Source: the human T2T-CHM13v2.0 reference genome, Homo sapiens
Assembly: GCF_009914755.1 (NCBI RefSeq)
Contig: NC_060938.1
Reading direction: 5' to 3' (one strand)
DNA: 64,000 bases
Part shown: piece after piece, positions 29,801-44,039 of the stretch
Layout: each line of letters starts with the position of its first letter
How positions within the stretch are numbered: position 1 is the first letter of the stretch
The notes under the pieces: model-generated
Told to the model about the DNA's origin: nothing
Seen by the model: only the letters and a program-made list of their open reading frames with translations
Database searches by the model: none
Program-made: the position numbers and the translations under genes

Positions 29801-32124
29801 TTACAAGTTCTAAGAATATTTCCAAAATGCCACTGGCCACATTGCCAAAGAGAGACAGGCAATTCACTCAGAGCTATACTAATTTGATTTAGTGAATCTA
29901 GTTAAAGCAATGATTTCTTTTAGGAGGAAAAAAAAGCTATATTTTGTACTTTATATTCAAATGCATTGACCTTTTTTTAGATTTGGTGTCTTAAAGTTCT
30001 ATCCCATAACATGGCTTTCTTCTCTTGCTTAAATTTATTTTCTAGTAAATGAATAGAAGCCACAAAATTGATGAAGTCATGAAACTTACTTATCTGAAAC
30101 ACTGAACTGTATACATCCCTTAAAGGCAAAGGGATGTTTTTTGCCCCGAGGGTATTAGTCATGGTCCATAGTTCGTGGGAAAAACTAAGGAAGTCTCAAA
30201 ATTGTGTTCCTATTATTTCCATTTCTCTAAGACTTTGTTTGAATTCCAAAGTGAATTTTCTATTATCCCATTGTACATTGCATAGGAGGGTACCAACCAA
30301 CAGCCTTTGGGGAGCAACACCTGCAGTTACATTCAAAGGCATGACTTTTCCAAGCAGTTTGTGAGCTGGCCGGCATTGTCCCCAAAAGGATAAAGGCCTA
30401 GGTTCTTTACCTGACTGGCAGAAGCATTCCAGCACCACGAAAGGACTCTAAACATTGTTTTGTAAGTAATGAGTCCTGCTGGTTTCATCCTGCAAGACAT
30501 TGAAATCCCACAGGGAAAATGTGGTTAGAAATAAAACAGAGGGCTGGGGCCTTTAATGAGTTTCCTATCCACAGATGCCATCAAGCTTTGATACTATTCA
30601 TTTTATTTCTACAGCTTCAACAAAGATTCCCAGAGTCGTGGGCCATACTCTTAACACTGAAGTGCATAGAACTTGGCAGAAATCTACACTTCAGAGATAA
30701 TAACATATCATTCCATGAAATAAAGGAAAAGGCATAATCAAAAAAAGAAGTTAAATATGGAAACCTGTTTTGACAACAAATGAATGCAGTTGAAGCCAGA
30801 CAGGAAAGGTGCTATGTATGCATTTTTTTACATGTTTCACATAAATTATGATATTGCAAGACCCTATCAGGTTTTTTTTTCTTATTTTCATGTCCTTTCA
30901 GTCAGATGTATTATTTATATTGCTCTCCATCTTACATTAAAGGAAAATTTCAAAGACTGCTGCTTTAAAATAACAGAACAACACTTGTAAAATCTGTCAA
31001 CATTATATATGGCTCATTCACCAGTTGCATTTCATTCATTATTATAGTTGGGAATTTCTCAAGGCCACTTGGATGTCCAATGAAATAAATTTAGAATTTC
31101 TGAATGTTGAGAAAAGGAAAAGAGAAAACAGTGTTGGTACTTAGTAGACGGATTATGGACATCACCAGCAGAAACATATATTCAACAATCATATTTAGTT
31201 AATAAATATATTTACTGAGTTATAAAAAGTTTCCTTAAAATGTACACTAGGTGAAATATCAAGTTTCATCAAATGATTAATTAAATGTTATATAAGGAAC
31301 ATGTCCTGAATTTGTGGTTACTAAAATAAAAATAAAACATGTTTTTCCAATCTTATAAAGCTAGCCCTGACTTTATTTTTTACTTACAAAATATTTTGAT
31401 TTATACTTAATAGGAGATTTAGAAAAGAGCCAGCCAAGAATTGTGGAAAAATTATACTATGAAAATTTATCTTTCCAGAGATATATTTACTTTAAAAAAT
31501 ATTTATGTTGCATTTTGATACTTTAATATTGACCCTTGACTCAGTTTTTCAAATTGACTTGTGGTAAACTAAAAGTTTCTGAATGTCTTGGATTCTACAA
31601 TCCTACCTAGAAAATAATTGCTTAGCTAAATTGAAGATAAATCTAATAAATAAGCTTGTTAATTATTATTACTTTAAAAATAATGCTGAGACAAGCTAGT
31701 AGAAATTATCAAAATATTTTTGCCATTTCAAACTTTTCTCTTACAATGGAAATGAAAAAGGAGGTCATAATTCAGGAGCCCTATAGAAACTTTTTTAAAA
31801 GTAGATATGTAAGAGATGTAAGTTGAGGGACATGCAGGAATAGATTATTGAAGTAATTCAAGCATATTAATTAAAAATAAAAGAAAACCTTTTCAGAAAC
31901 AATTACTGAAGAACTTCATAACATCTATATCCCCAACCTGAACCATGTGTTTCAAATTCTTTAATCAATAACAGTATATTTTTCATTGTCTGATTTTTGT
32001 AACAAACAGGCCAATATGTTGGAAAAATTTGTTTTACATTCCTACAAAAGCCCAAAGTTATGGCTGTCTCTTCCTGTATTGCCACCATCACCTAACACAT
32101 GTCTTTTCTTCATTCTGTGGGTCA

Positions 32125-32340
32125 TAATAACAGCTTTCACTCTTTGAGCACCTACTATGTGCCAGACTGTTTCACACGCATTTCCAATACAATAACTTTC
32201 TGCAAAACAGAGTACTAGTCTCATTTTATGAACAAAACGTAGAAAGTTTATGTGAGGAAAATTTCACATGGTCACACCACCTGAAAGAAGTTGACCCAGG
32301 ATATAAACCAAGTCTTTTTCACTCAAAAGCCCATGATCCT
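32125..32340 (-). mobile_element. MIR
   Basis: TTGAGCACCTACTATGTGCCAGAC...GGTCACACC...AAACCAAGTCT. Confidence 0.75.
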
Positions 32341-33762
32341 CATAGAAAACATTCTATATTATGCATTTTATTCTTTTTCCGTCTTTGGTTTATCTTGTGT
32401 TTATATCTCTATTCTATTAACTATATTTTTCTGATGATTTGACTGGCAAACTTAGTCAAAATGATCAAGTGAGTTAGTACCTGCTGATCCAACCTTGAAT
32501 AAATTAGGGAATGCATCAATTGAAAAGACTAGTTTTCCTTAAGTAAATTTTCTGAACCTGGCAGAAATAATTTTAAATATAGTTCAATAATTTTAAATTA
32601 GTTGAACTATATTTAACACATAATATTGCTTGAACCAACTTCAATACCAAAAATCAGCATGGTGTATCAAACATGAAAACTGGAAAGAATTATAAAACAG
32701 GATTGCTACGATGCTGGCAACAATGGAAAATCATTAAAAGAAAAATATGAGCAAAGATTAAAATGAAGTAACTTGAATAAATGTTTTTAAAATCCTATAA
32801 AAAAGAGATAATATAAATACATTTATGGTTAAGAAATAGGAAAATTTTATACAGTATACCTGTATATTATTTATCTTAATATTTGTCTTTTATCAAAATC
32901 TTAAATGAAGCATTCATTGCATTCATTGCAAAAACATTAGACAAAGGTTTTAAAGCATATGACAGATTTGATGCCATAAAGAGTTTTCCCATGGTTGCTC
33001 TATGGATTTTGACAGCAAAATAGTGGTTTGGGGCCTCATTTATTATTTGAATATTTATTTGGATTTCCAGACAGCTTAATTTATTCTCTCAGAAAAAAAA
33101 GTATCAATTTACCATTAAGTTTGCATTATTTTAGTCTACATCTTGTATTATTTACCTTACCATGAATTTTAAATGATGATATCTTGACTTTTCAATTTCA
33201 CATGATTTGGAATGTGTTAATTTAGTCAGTTAACCCATTAGAGTTTTGTTCAGGTTTTTGTTCTTGTTTCTGTTTTTCAGAACAGAAAAGACTTATAGTA
33301 CTCCTGATTTTAGCAGGTAACTGAACTAACCTAAACTAATTCACAGGTTTAAAAATTAACATGTGAAAAAAGTTACTTATTCCTCAAAGTTCAATCAACA
33401 AAGATGTTACAAAAGTAACATCACACACAGAACATATCTGAGGAAAATATAACATCTTATATTGGTTTTCAATTGACATTCAAGTACATAGTTCAAATTC
33501 TTGATTAAGAAATATTAAAGTGAGGCTTCATATTTTTGGATGTATATGTATGTAAAGGATTGAAGCTGATTTTAACACTTAGATAAGTTTAATTTAGGGA
33601 AAAACACTAGAGACTTGGATCTCACAAAGTGATTTAAAGAAAAACAATCATGATTCACATTTTAATTATTACAGGAATTGGAGTCATTTCACAAACAGTT
33701 AACATTAAAGTTATGTACATTGTTATTGTTTATCATTAACGTTCACTTCATTTAAAAAATCA

Positions 33763-34104
<342 letters not shown>

Positions 34105-34739
34105 TCACTTCTGAATTGGTATTTGTTTCCACAAGCATATTTTTAAATGTACAGAATATTGGGAAACTGAAGGAGATTATGTAGGAAATCTGTAAATGAT
34201 GAAGAGTGTTTTAGCAACACCCTGCTATGTACCAAAATTACATATTTCTGTTAAATAGCAACATTCTATATTACAAATAGATTCTAAAAATCAAATGTCT
34301 CAAGTGAAAGTCTCTTAAACATTTCTAGTTACAATTAATGGGAAAAGCAACACCCACTTCTATGCATAATCTATTCCTGCTATTTTGTTTAAGTTAAATA
34401 AATAGCAAATGATTTCAGAAGTAAATAACCATTTTTAATGCCTAAATTATTTGGTAAAGCGAACAAGTTTAAGTGCTAACTAGTATTTTGCATACATACC
34501 ATAAGATACAAAATAGCACGTGCTTTCTATTTATATTGGTTACCAATCTTGATATTCAAGGGAAGAGTGTATAAAGTTAACAAGCAATTATTATTTGCCA
34601 AATTAGTACTCAACAACCCTGAGTAAATAGGAAGTTTGAAACCTATCTGTTATACAGCTACTTTAATTTGCATAGCACACTGGTGTGTTTGCTTTGCAAA
34701 TACTTTGCAATGAATCATCATTTGTACTATACAGTCCAA

Positions 34740-35120
34740 AGAAAAGCAATCAAAATTCACAGCAAGACAATGAAATTAATTATAACTGTTGAATTCTGTG
34801 GTGGTAATTCCTCCTCATGCAGGAAGATTAATTGCATTGCACTTTCCTTGCACTCCACTAAATGATCTGATGAATGTATAATCATTTACAGATTTCTCAA
34901 ATGCTGAAAATTGATTACCTTTGATTAGCTCTGATCTGCACAAAGAGCTCTGACAGAGTATCAGTGAAACATTACAACATTACAGACAAAGTAACAAATG
35001 ATTTAATTACCAGTGTGCTTATTAATGTTAGATTCCCTGCAGTGATCCTGGCAAATCAGGGGCCTGTAATAGACCTGTGGGTTTCACTGAATTCCATTAG
35101 GGTTTAAATAATATTTCTCA
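34740..35120. promoter_or_regulatory. Candidate conserved developmental enhancer
   Basis: No recognisable repeat; dense TAAT/ATTA cores, TGATTTAAT (PBX-HOX-like) and TGACAG (MEIS-like); conservation is inferred, not measured. Confidence 0.4.
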
Positions 35121-38100
35121 CTATTTCTCAAATCCTTCTTTTCATGGCTCCTTAATAACTCTAATTAATTTTAATTTGCACAAAAAAATCCACAGCATCT
35201 TTAGAAACTTTTAATTAGCTATAAAATAAAACTCTTCTCCTCCCAAGAAGACATATATGATCAACTTTGGAGTAGCCTCACAAATAAGTTTTCATTAATA
35301 GTAGTTAGCTCTCTGTAATATTATTAAATTAAAATCTAAAACCAATGTGGAATTGCACATGTGGTCCAACTCTTCTCTTCTAGCGGCAAACAAAATGCGA
35401 TTTGTTAAACAAGAACCAAGTTAAAGAACAATATGGTAAAACGTTTAGATAGTAGTGTAGGAAGCATCGTCATAATACTCTTTCTTTTATTTTTAGTGCA
35501 TACGTATACTTGCAACCATTTTGTTAACTGTAGCATAGAAAACACACTGATTAAGGAGCTTCAGAGTATGTTGAAAGAGGATTTAAAAATGCAATAGCAA
35601 GAGAACACTGGCCCAGTTAGACACAGAATGTGATGAATAATGTTGGCACAAACAAGTCAAGCTTATCTAGACTTGTACTCAGGAACATTCAGATCACTTT
35701 GGATTGGCAGCTTTTAGGGCTTTCCCCAATTTGATGCCATTATATATGACATTAAATTATTGTGAAGCAACGACAATGAAAACCCAGATGATCAGAGGAG
35801 TCAAACAGAGCGGCTTAAATTAAAATATGTGTCTGCAAGTGTTTCAAGGCAAAGAAAAATTAGAGGGTAGGCAATTAAAAGGTTGTTTAGCACAGAAATG
35901 CTGATATACAGACAACTTTACAATAATATTTTTTCACAGTGGCTTTGCAGTTCTGCAGAAACAAGGCAGTGCTGCAGGTGTTTCTGGGTGGCATTTCAAA
36001 AACCACTAGCTATAAAACTTAAGACATGGGGATATGCAGCCCCTGATGCTGATGAATACATTTATTATGTTCAGTGCTGTCAGCAGCTGAAAAGCTATCC
36101 ATCACATTGAAACAGCACAGAGTCAGGAGTCTCTTTTTGTGGAGAAATATTGAAGTCAGATTGTTGATGTCAAAAGTCAAAGTATAGTTCAGCTCTCTGT
36201 TTTATGAATCTGACTGAGACACATTGTGCCTGTGCGCAAACTGATATCTACCAGAGCTCATTTTAGCAAATGTGTGATTTAGAAGTCAAAAAAACATTCG
36301 TACAACCAAACTCATAGCAGGCAGAGGCTGTGGCGTGCATACATAGTTTTTACATTTTAATATGACACCGTGTGGTAGTGTTTATCATCTGAAATCTAAG
36401 CCATATCAACTTTCTAGCTATGATATTTAAGATCTGTGTACTTTCAAAAAAGTATTCACACAATAAAAGAATACATTAAAATATCGCCTCAATAGCAATG
36501 ATATTGGCCTTGTTGGGCTTGGTTTTGCTTTTTTCTTCTGAATATCAAACCACAAAGAAATGGTGAATTCACTGTATTCGCAATTAAAAAAATAGACACT
36601 ATTTAGGGCCAAAATTATATCAGAATTTAATGGCCACTGGGTTGCAGACACTACTTGAAGCCCCTTTTGTACACATCCACCTCATTACACTTCTGGACTT
36701 TTATTATGATATAACTTATAACGTCTGAACATAGATTTTATACATAGTCCTACGTTCCAGACATCCCCAATAGCCAAATGTTGCTGAATTCTTAGAAAAC
36801 AAGAGTTAAATAGAATAAAAGAGCAAATTTTCTATCCTCAGCCCCCTCTTTTTTGTTTTGCTCCTCAGTTCACCTTATTTCGAAAGATATCCATCTTTTT
36901 CTTTCCACTGGAATTTTTTAAATTATTTTACAAAAAAAAAAGTGAATGAAATGAAAATGGTTTCGGTGGTACATATTCATTCCTATTTAACAGAATCTTT
37001 AAACTAACTTAGTAATAGATGACACAGCTTGGAAACTATTGTTTTATTTGATCAAATCTTGGGGATCAAAGTGTAGGTTTTGAGTGTATTTCTTTAAGCG
37101 AGGGCTTTGTGCCTCCGAGGTAGCATATGCTCAGAATGCTATTACACTTGCCAGCCTTCCTGCAAATTTGTGGTGTTTAACAAAAAACAAGCACATTTTT
37201 CAATTCAAGTCAGGAAGACGCTTTTATTTTTGCTGATTTCGCCTTCTTTTCTCTTTTCTAGCACAACCCTCAGGGCGCGTGATGTAATGGTCAGCACTTG
37301 CACATGGGAGCCAGAAAGCCTTTAATGAACTGCAAACTTTGTTCAATAAAAATGATTGTGTTCCAGCTTTTTTCTCCTTCCAAAGAAGAGAAAACATACA
37401 AATATCATGTAGAAAGCTTTAGGAATCGTAAAGACCTCAGTAGGTCTTAAAAGCATTATTTATTTTTAAAAGCAAGGAAAAAGAAGCAACACACACACAC
37501 AAAAACAATAGCAGAGATTATTTTTATCCTAACTTGGTTCAATGACACCAGATGCAGAACAGGGCTCTATGGCCTGAAGGGTCACGAGTTTGAGTCAAAA
37601 CTCAGCTTCAAGTTAATTGGCTGGTGTTTGGGGCTACACAAATTGAAGAGAGACATATTTGTTTCTGATGGGGAGAGGCAGGATCACTGTTCTTGAGTCT
37701 CTGCACCCCCTTGCTAGCTTGTCAGGAACTCTCTCTGGTGAATAAATATCTTCAAAGTTGATACCTCTAATCTTTCCTGATAATAAATAAATAAATAACA
37801 AGTGTAATCATGATGGATTCTGTTAAAGATTAAAAAGAACAAAACAAAACCAAAACGAGAGTGGAACTTTATTCCTTCCAGGTGCATATTCAAAAGCAAT
37901 GTTCGTTAACTCTTGGTTTTGCCTATATTATCAAGCAAAAGTGCTGACATCCATATGCATTTAAATAAAAGTTGATATCATATCCTAATTTTTAATATTT
38001 TGGAATGAAATGTGCAATGTTAAACACTATAGTTACATGGCCAGACTTTTTTGCATCCTTTTTAATGATTTCTTTAAAAATCAATGGGAAACTTCCTTGG

Positions 38101-41100
38101 AATACTAGGCAGGATTATTTCCTTTTAAACTCTCTCCAGGTAGATATGTCAGGAATCATTTGAAATACTTATATGTCTGCTGGGGGAAAAAAATCGGCAA
38201 AAGAGAAAGAACCACCATATGGAATTCACTAAACAGTAAACCTCTTGTCCACCGAAATTACACCAGTCCCCACATATTAGGAAGACATTGCAGAGGCTGT
38301 GCTGTGTGCCTTCCAGGCAGAGCTCCATAGCCAGCAATTAGTCTATATAGTCAGAGGCCAAAAAACCTTATTGTCTTACTTGCTGTATAATTATCTGTTA
38401 TGATGAACTGTGATTCTAAGGACTATTGTCTTTAAGCTTGGATCTGTGTGTAGAGTGGTTGTCTGGCTGAGACCCAAGAATGGACCTTCCTTTTAGTATC
38501 TCTGCCTGAGTGATTTCTCTGGTCTCTTCCTGGCTGGATAAAACAGAGACTGTTTCTGCATGATTTCTTGGGTTGATGAGAAGCAATTATGCTTTAAATG
38601 AAGTCATTCATGTCTGCCATTTTGTTTGCATATTTTCCAGTGTTCACCTGTTATTAAACCTGTCTTTAAACTGTAAGCTAGTTCCAAGTAGACTTTTGTG
38701 TCCAACACAGTTCGGTAATCAGAGGAAAACAAAATAGATAAAATGTTTTCTGCACAAATCACTCAAGCAAGAAATCTAATAAAGTGATTAAAATCTAAAA
38801 TAGCATTTAAGAATTTCCTGGGAATTTTTATTTCTTTGAATTTCCCTCCCATTCCCTGTAAGAGGGCAATTGTCTCAGCAGTCAGTGTGAAAGTTACGCA
38901 ACTTTGTCATCTGGTGGGAGAGAAGGAAAAGGCAGAGGAAGGAGGGAGTATTAATAAATCTTATTCCTATTGTCAGAATAGTTATTGTTGTTCATTATAA
39001 CATGAAAATGACATATTGGCATATTCAATAAAAGGATTATTTGAACTACTTATCAAAAATTGATTATATCTCATAGGTCAATTTACTTAAAATATGAATT
39101 CAATAAAGATCATATAATGTAACCAGACATAATTATTAATTAAAGGTGTATTCTAATGAACTTACGACTACTAAAAAAAGAATATTTTTACATCAAGTCT
39201 TGTAAAACAGAAACATTCCACTTCACATCTTCTGGTCTTCAAACATCTGAAAAGCAAATGCCTAAACTAGCTTATCACACATTATTAGGTGAACTATAGC
39301 TTATAGCTACGAAAGTCACAAAACAAAGCATGAGAATATTATCAATTTATCTAAACAGATCTATGTTTTATTAAATGAAATTTTATTTAATAACTTTTTA
39401 CTTTTTGCCTTTTGAAAGATTTTACATTTAGTGAGCTATTTATTAGCCATTCCTTCCTAAGAGGTATATTTTACAGATACAATTAGCTTTAAAAATAAGC
39501 CATAGTGGTTGAGCCAGAATGATTTACTGGATATTTTTAATAGTAAACACAAAATGGAATATTGTTAACCAAGTTGGAAATATATCGGACCCTATGATTA
39601 CTTAAATTATTTCATGTAATTCTCCTTTTGGAAAAGAATCATTTTAAAATGGATATAAATAAAAAGTAATTGAACTTTAAAACAATTTCATTTTGCTCAA
39701 CTTTTTTAAATTCCCAACTAACCACGTGAGTTTGATTTTTGAGTTTCAATGAAATAAGAGAAGGGTTACTGATCGTTTAAAAGTACTTCATTTATCACCA
39801 CTGAACAGAAAGCATTTCCCCCCCGAAGAGGTTTGTACTAAGGTGACCTCTGCTGTTTAAAAATAAGGTTTGCAAAAGGCAGTCCCTCTCGTAAGATATC
39901 CAATAATCCTAAATTACAAGGATAAAAGTGGATACTGCTGTGCTTAAAAGTATTTACTAAATTCATTACTGTTTCGATTATATACATGATTTTTAAGCAT
40001 TTTTTCCTCATAGCTGGGAAATTTCCTCTGTCATTTTTACCTCCTTGCATTTTGCGTACAAATTCTGACTGACTGGGATCCCTGCCATTGCATTTTCTTC
40101 TCACTAAAGGGTTTTATCTGCTCCTGGTGGGGCAAAGTCATGACCCAGAAAAAAATTGATTCATGAATTCTCAGGGTGCAAGTAAAGAAGAGAGGAAATA
40201 TGCCTTGGCTGAGCTCCGACTAGTGACAATTTAAAACCTGTAATTAGTCTGAATTCAAGCTGCAAAAGGAATCTGAATTAAAAATTCATTAATTCAAACT
40301 GATATATTAACTTGAACATACTAGATCCCTCATTATAAAGAGTCATTTTACAAGCTGTTGTGTTAACTGCTGGAACCTAAATTTTACTAATTTTAAAATT
40401 ATTTAAAGGTGTTAGAAAGACCACCAGACTATATTGCATTGTGCCTTCTCTCTACCTTGAGAAACTCAAACTTTATTGGATTTGCTTGGTGTTAACACCT
40501 TAGCCCTAGGTTTCATTTCCATCTCCGTCCTAAATTTTGTGTTTGTAAATCTCCACTGTCCTGTGGAGCACACATTCTCTTACTAGTCCCCCGCTGATGT
40601 TTCCAAGACCCCAAGTCCCCTTTAGCTAACTCCCTGACATTTTCATGAACTACACTGCTGAAATGTTATACAGTAATTAAGGTTGATACTGGGGCACATT
40701 CAGTCTCCAGTACAAATTAAGATGGAAAAGATTATCATAATATTTTGCTAATCTGTTTGGTAGTTTAGAGTTGTTCCCTGTGGGGGACAAACAAAAAAGA
40801 AAGGTATTTCAGGGTTAGGCTTCAGAAGAAAGATCAACCAGGTAGTAATGATTGTTTTAAAATCACACGTATTTTAAACTTTTCTTCTGAAAATCTTTAT
40901 GTGTTGACATATTGTTACTTAAGTTATAACTCCCTTGGGACCAGTGTGCAAGCTTGTCAAGCGAGTTAGTAGGCACTGTCAATGGATGGGCTCTTGAATT
41001 CAGACTAAAATTCTGTTATCATTGTGTGGAGTTCAAATCCAGGTACCACCAGCAGCTGGAGGCTCTCCAACTGTCAGTAGTGTCTGAAAAACACTAAGAG

Positions 41101-42011
41101 ACTAAATAATTTAGATTACACTATACTGACCTGTATAATTGTTTAAATGAGTAATGCAGTCACCAACTGAAAGAGGTCAACCATCTGTAGAGGAAACACA
41201 GAATTTGGTTTCATTTCCAAACAAACTTTTGAAGAGCAAATTGTTTTTTCTGTGGGAGGTAGGGGAAAGTCTGAAGACAGATTAATGGCTTTTCCCGCTA
41301 AATAAAGGTTAAGGCTTCTGTCATTTCTAGAACGCAACTTCAATAGAAAAGAAGCAATAGGGCAGCTGGTCTCAACTGCCACATAATCAACATGCACAGG
41401 CACTGTTTTGAGTGGATTAAAAGGTAGGTGGCTTTGAAAATACAGTATTATTTCATTACATGTCATCATCATTCACTACATATATGTGTGAGTACATGTG
41501 TATATAAAAAGAAAAAACTTGGGTAAGACTAAATCCTTAAGTTAGAATAATCACATTTTTGCAGATAATGGCAAGTGGTTTGTTTTAAATGCCACCCTAC
41601 CTAAATCTTTATCTCTAAAATATGGAGTTACTATAAGTCAGATTTTTGAGATGCATACATTTAGGTACCCAGTTTACTTTGAGGAAAAAAGTGCTTATTT
41701 TAACTAGATTAACACATACTGATCAAACTCTTAGTGTTCAGGCAGCTCACATTGAATTAAAGGCTGCCATAATTAAGTGCTCCTACCAACTTATTCTCCA
41801 GAACCATTACCTTCCAACGGGTTACTTGCCAGGCAAAGTGGTTTAATTATTGGATTTCTCCTGAGATCTCCTGTTCTCCTGCCACGGTACCATAACAGGC
41901 TTCTCTGATCTCTTTATGGTAAAACAAATTATAAAAGAAGAAAATGACAGAGAAGAAAGAGACTAAATTCTGTGTGCCTATGAGCTAACTATGAATTTAA
42001 TGCAATGAATT

Positions 42012-42298
42012 AAAATATATCTATATTTTATATACATAAATATATATAAAATATATATAACAGAAATATATATACATAATATATAAATTTATATACAAAA
42101 ATATATAAATATATTTAAAAATATAAAATAGATATATAAAATATATAAATATATAATATATAAAAATATATAATATATAATATATAAATATATAATATAT
42201 AAAAATATATAATATATAATATATAAAAATATATAAATATATATAAATAATATATCAATTTATATATATAAATACATATAAAATATAAATATATATGT
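42012..42298. repeat. Degenerate (TA)n / AT-rich low-complexity tract
   Basis: About 290 bp almost entirely A/T, with repeated ATATATAAAA units. Confidence 0.95.
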
Positions 42299-42927
42299 AT
42301 CTTTGCTATTTGAGTTTATTTCCTACACATACACACATGTGCACACATACACGTTTCATCACAAATTGCTTGAGGTCACATGCAGATAATGTTTAGTAAA
42401 TTCTTTTCTCAAATGTTTTTGAACACTTTGTCTATCCATCTAGCAAGAATGTTCTTCAAAATTCATCCTTGCATCATTATTCATCTGTTCTGAAGTAATA
42501 AAACTTTTTGTCATAATATTCAATGTATCAAGAAGATATTTACATTGCATACATAAAATCTTAAGCTATTAAAATGCTCTATGGTTGTAGTAATGCTCAT
42601 CCAATAAATCTGCTTGTTTGGGCAATATCCACATATTGTTATCAAAATGTGATTTTGGTTGCTGCTGGTTGATAACAAATGCTAACTGGGAATGCATTAT
42701 TTTTTAGAATAAATTTTCTGAGCGACTACTGAGGGCTTGGCACTGTGAAGTATGCAGAAATAAACAAAATATAGACACGACTCATGATTTGCTTATGATA
42801 TAATATAGCCAGAATGTTAGAAGTTTCTGTGCCATACTGTCATGTTCTAACTTTCATAGGTAAGCACTGTCATGCATTTTTCTCTCTCTCTTTCCCTCTT
42901 CCATGCACATGCACGTGCGTGTGCACG

Positions 42928-42929
<2 letters not shown>

Positions 42930-42961
<32 letters not shown>
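42930..42961 (+). repeat. (CA)16 microsatellite
   Basis: Perfect CA run. Confidence 0.97.
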
Positions 42962-42963
<2 letters not shown>

Positions 42964-43519
42964 GCTTTAAACATTCCTCACATGAGCCCAGTTAAATAAA
43001 GATGAAGAAAAGGAGCATGATTTCACAAAGTATTTCTTTGTACATGTTTGTGAGCCCTGAATGCCATCAGTATTCTCCTTTCTCACTTCACCTACCTCCC
43101 CAAAATTGAAAGTACAACGGGTGGTGAATGGTAAAATATGACACAGTTGATAGACATATTTCAAGTAAAAGGCAATATAATGGATAGCTCTGGTTCATAA
43201 AAAAAATTAGCACAGAATTAACAACTTAGTAGTGGATAAGAAAAGACAAAGTTCAAAAATTTTGTTCATTTTTCCAACAGGATGCATCAGTTACATTGAC
43301 ATAATCTTGATACACTAATGTCTACTTGTTTATCTTTGGGTTCAAACGTTTCTACATTACCTATCACAATATTTATCAGATAAAATGGAAATAAAAAATA
43401 TCATTCCAGAATATAATTTCTCAAATTATTTGTTGAATTTCTAAACATTTTTCTGGTCTTAAGGCAAAAATCATAGTTTGCTTGAATACTGCAAATATGA
43501 AGTCCTTGCCTCATCCCAG

Positions 43520-43980
43520 TCACTGGACTAAGTGCCTGGGATGTAGCAGTGAATAAACAGTACATTCCCTGCTCTCATAGAGCTTACATATTAGCTATAA
43601 ACTATGAAAGCTATTAAACCTTCTAAAAGGAGCAAAATAGCCCAATGTTTGAGGAAAAATAGAAAGCTCAGGTATCTAAATTATCTAGATCAGCACTGTC
43701 CAATGTGGCAGTCATTAGTCACTTGGGAAAATAGGGAGGTGATGGGGGTTTTCAGTAGAATACGATGTGATATTTTTCAAAGACCACTATGGCTTCTCTG
43801 TTGAGATTAGCACAATCAAGTTTATACCAGTTGTCTTGGAGTATACCCTTTCACTCTCAAAAGTGCCCCAGTATGAATGACAAATATATGGTCACCCTAA
43901 AGTACAAGACTATAAAAGTAATGCAGTAGGAGATTGATCCAGGTAGCTTGGATCATGGAGGTAGCAGTGAAATAAAGCAT
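43520..43980 (-). mobile_element. L2 fragments interleaved with small DNA-transposon remnants
   Basis: CCCTGCTCTCATAGAGCTTACAT; TTTCAAAGACCACTATGGCT; a MER3-like piece CAGCACTGTCCAAT near 43691. Confidence 0.55.
43815..43900 (-). mobile_element. MER94-like (hAT-Blackjack) fragment
   Basis: CCCTTTCACTCTCAAAAGTGCCCC...AAATATATGGTCACCCTA terminus. Confidence 0.65.
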
Positions 43981-44039
43981 ATTCTGCACAGGAGATGATA
44001 CTTATCACATAATCCTACATTTCCTTTTTCTTAACTTGC

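Noticed and set aside
38905-38918. CTCF-like motif CCCACCAGATGACA on the minus strand
   Set aside because: Mismatch in the core GGC positions; a single weak match is expected in 64 kb
39368-39393. Near-palindrome TTATTAAATGAAA/TTTTATTTAATAA
   Set aside because: Almost all A/T and imperfect; expected at this base composition
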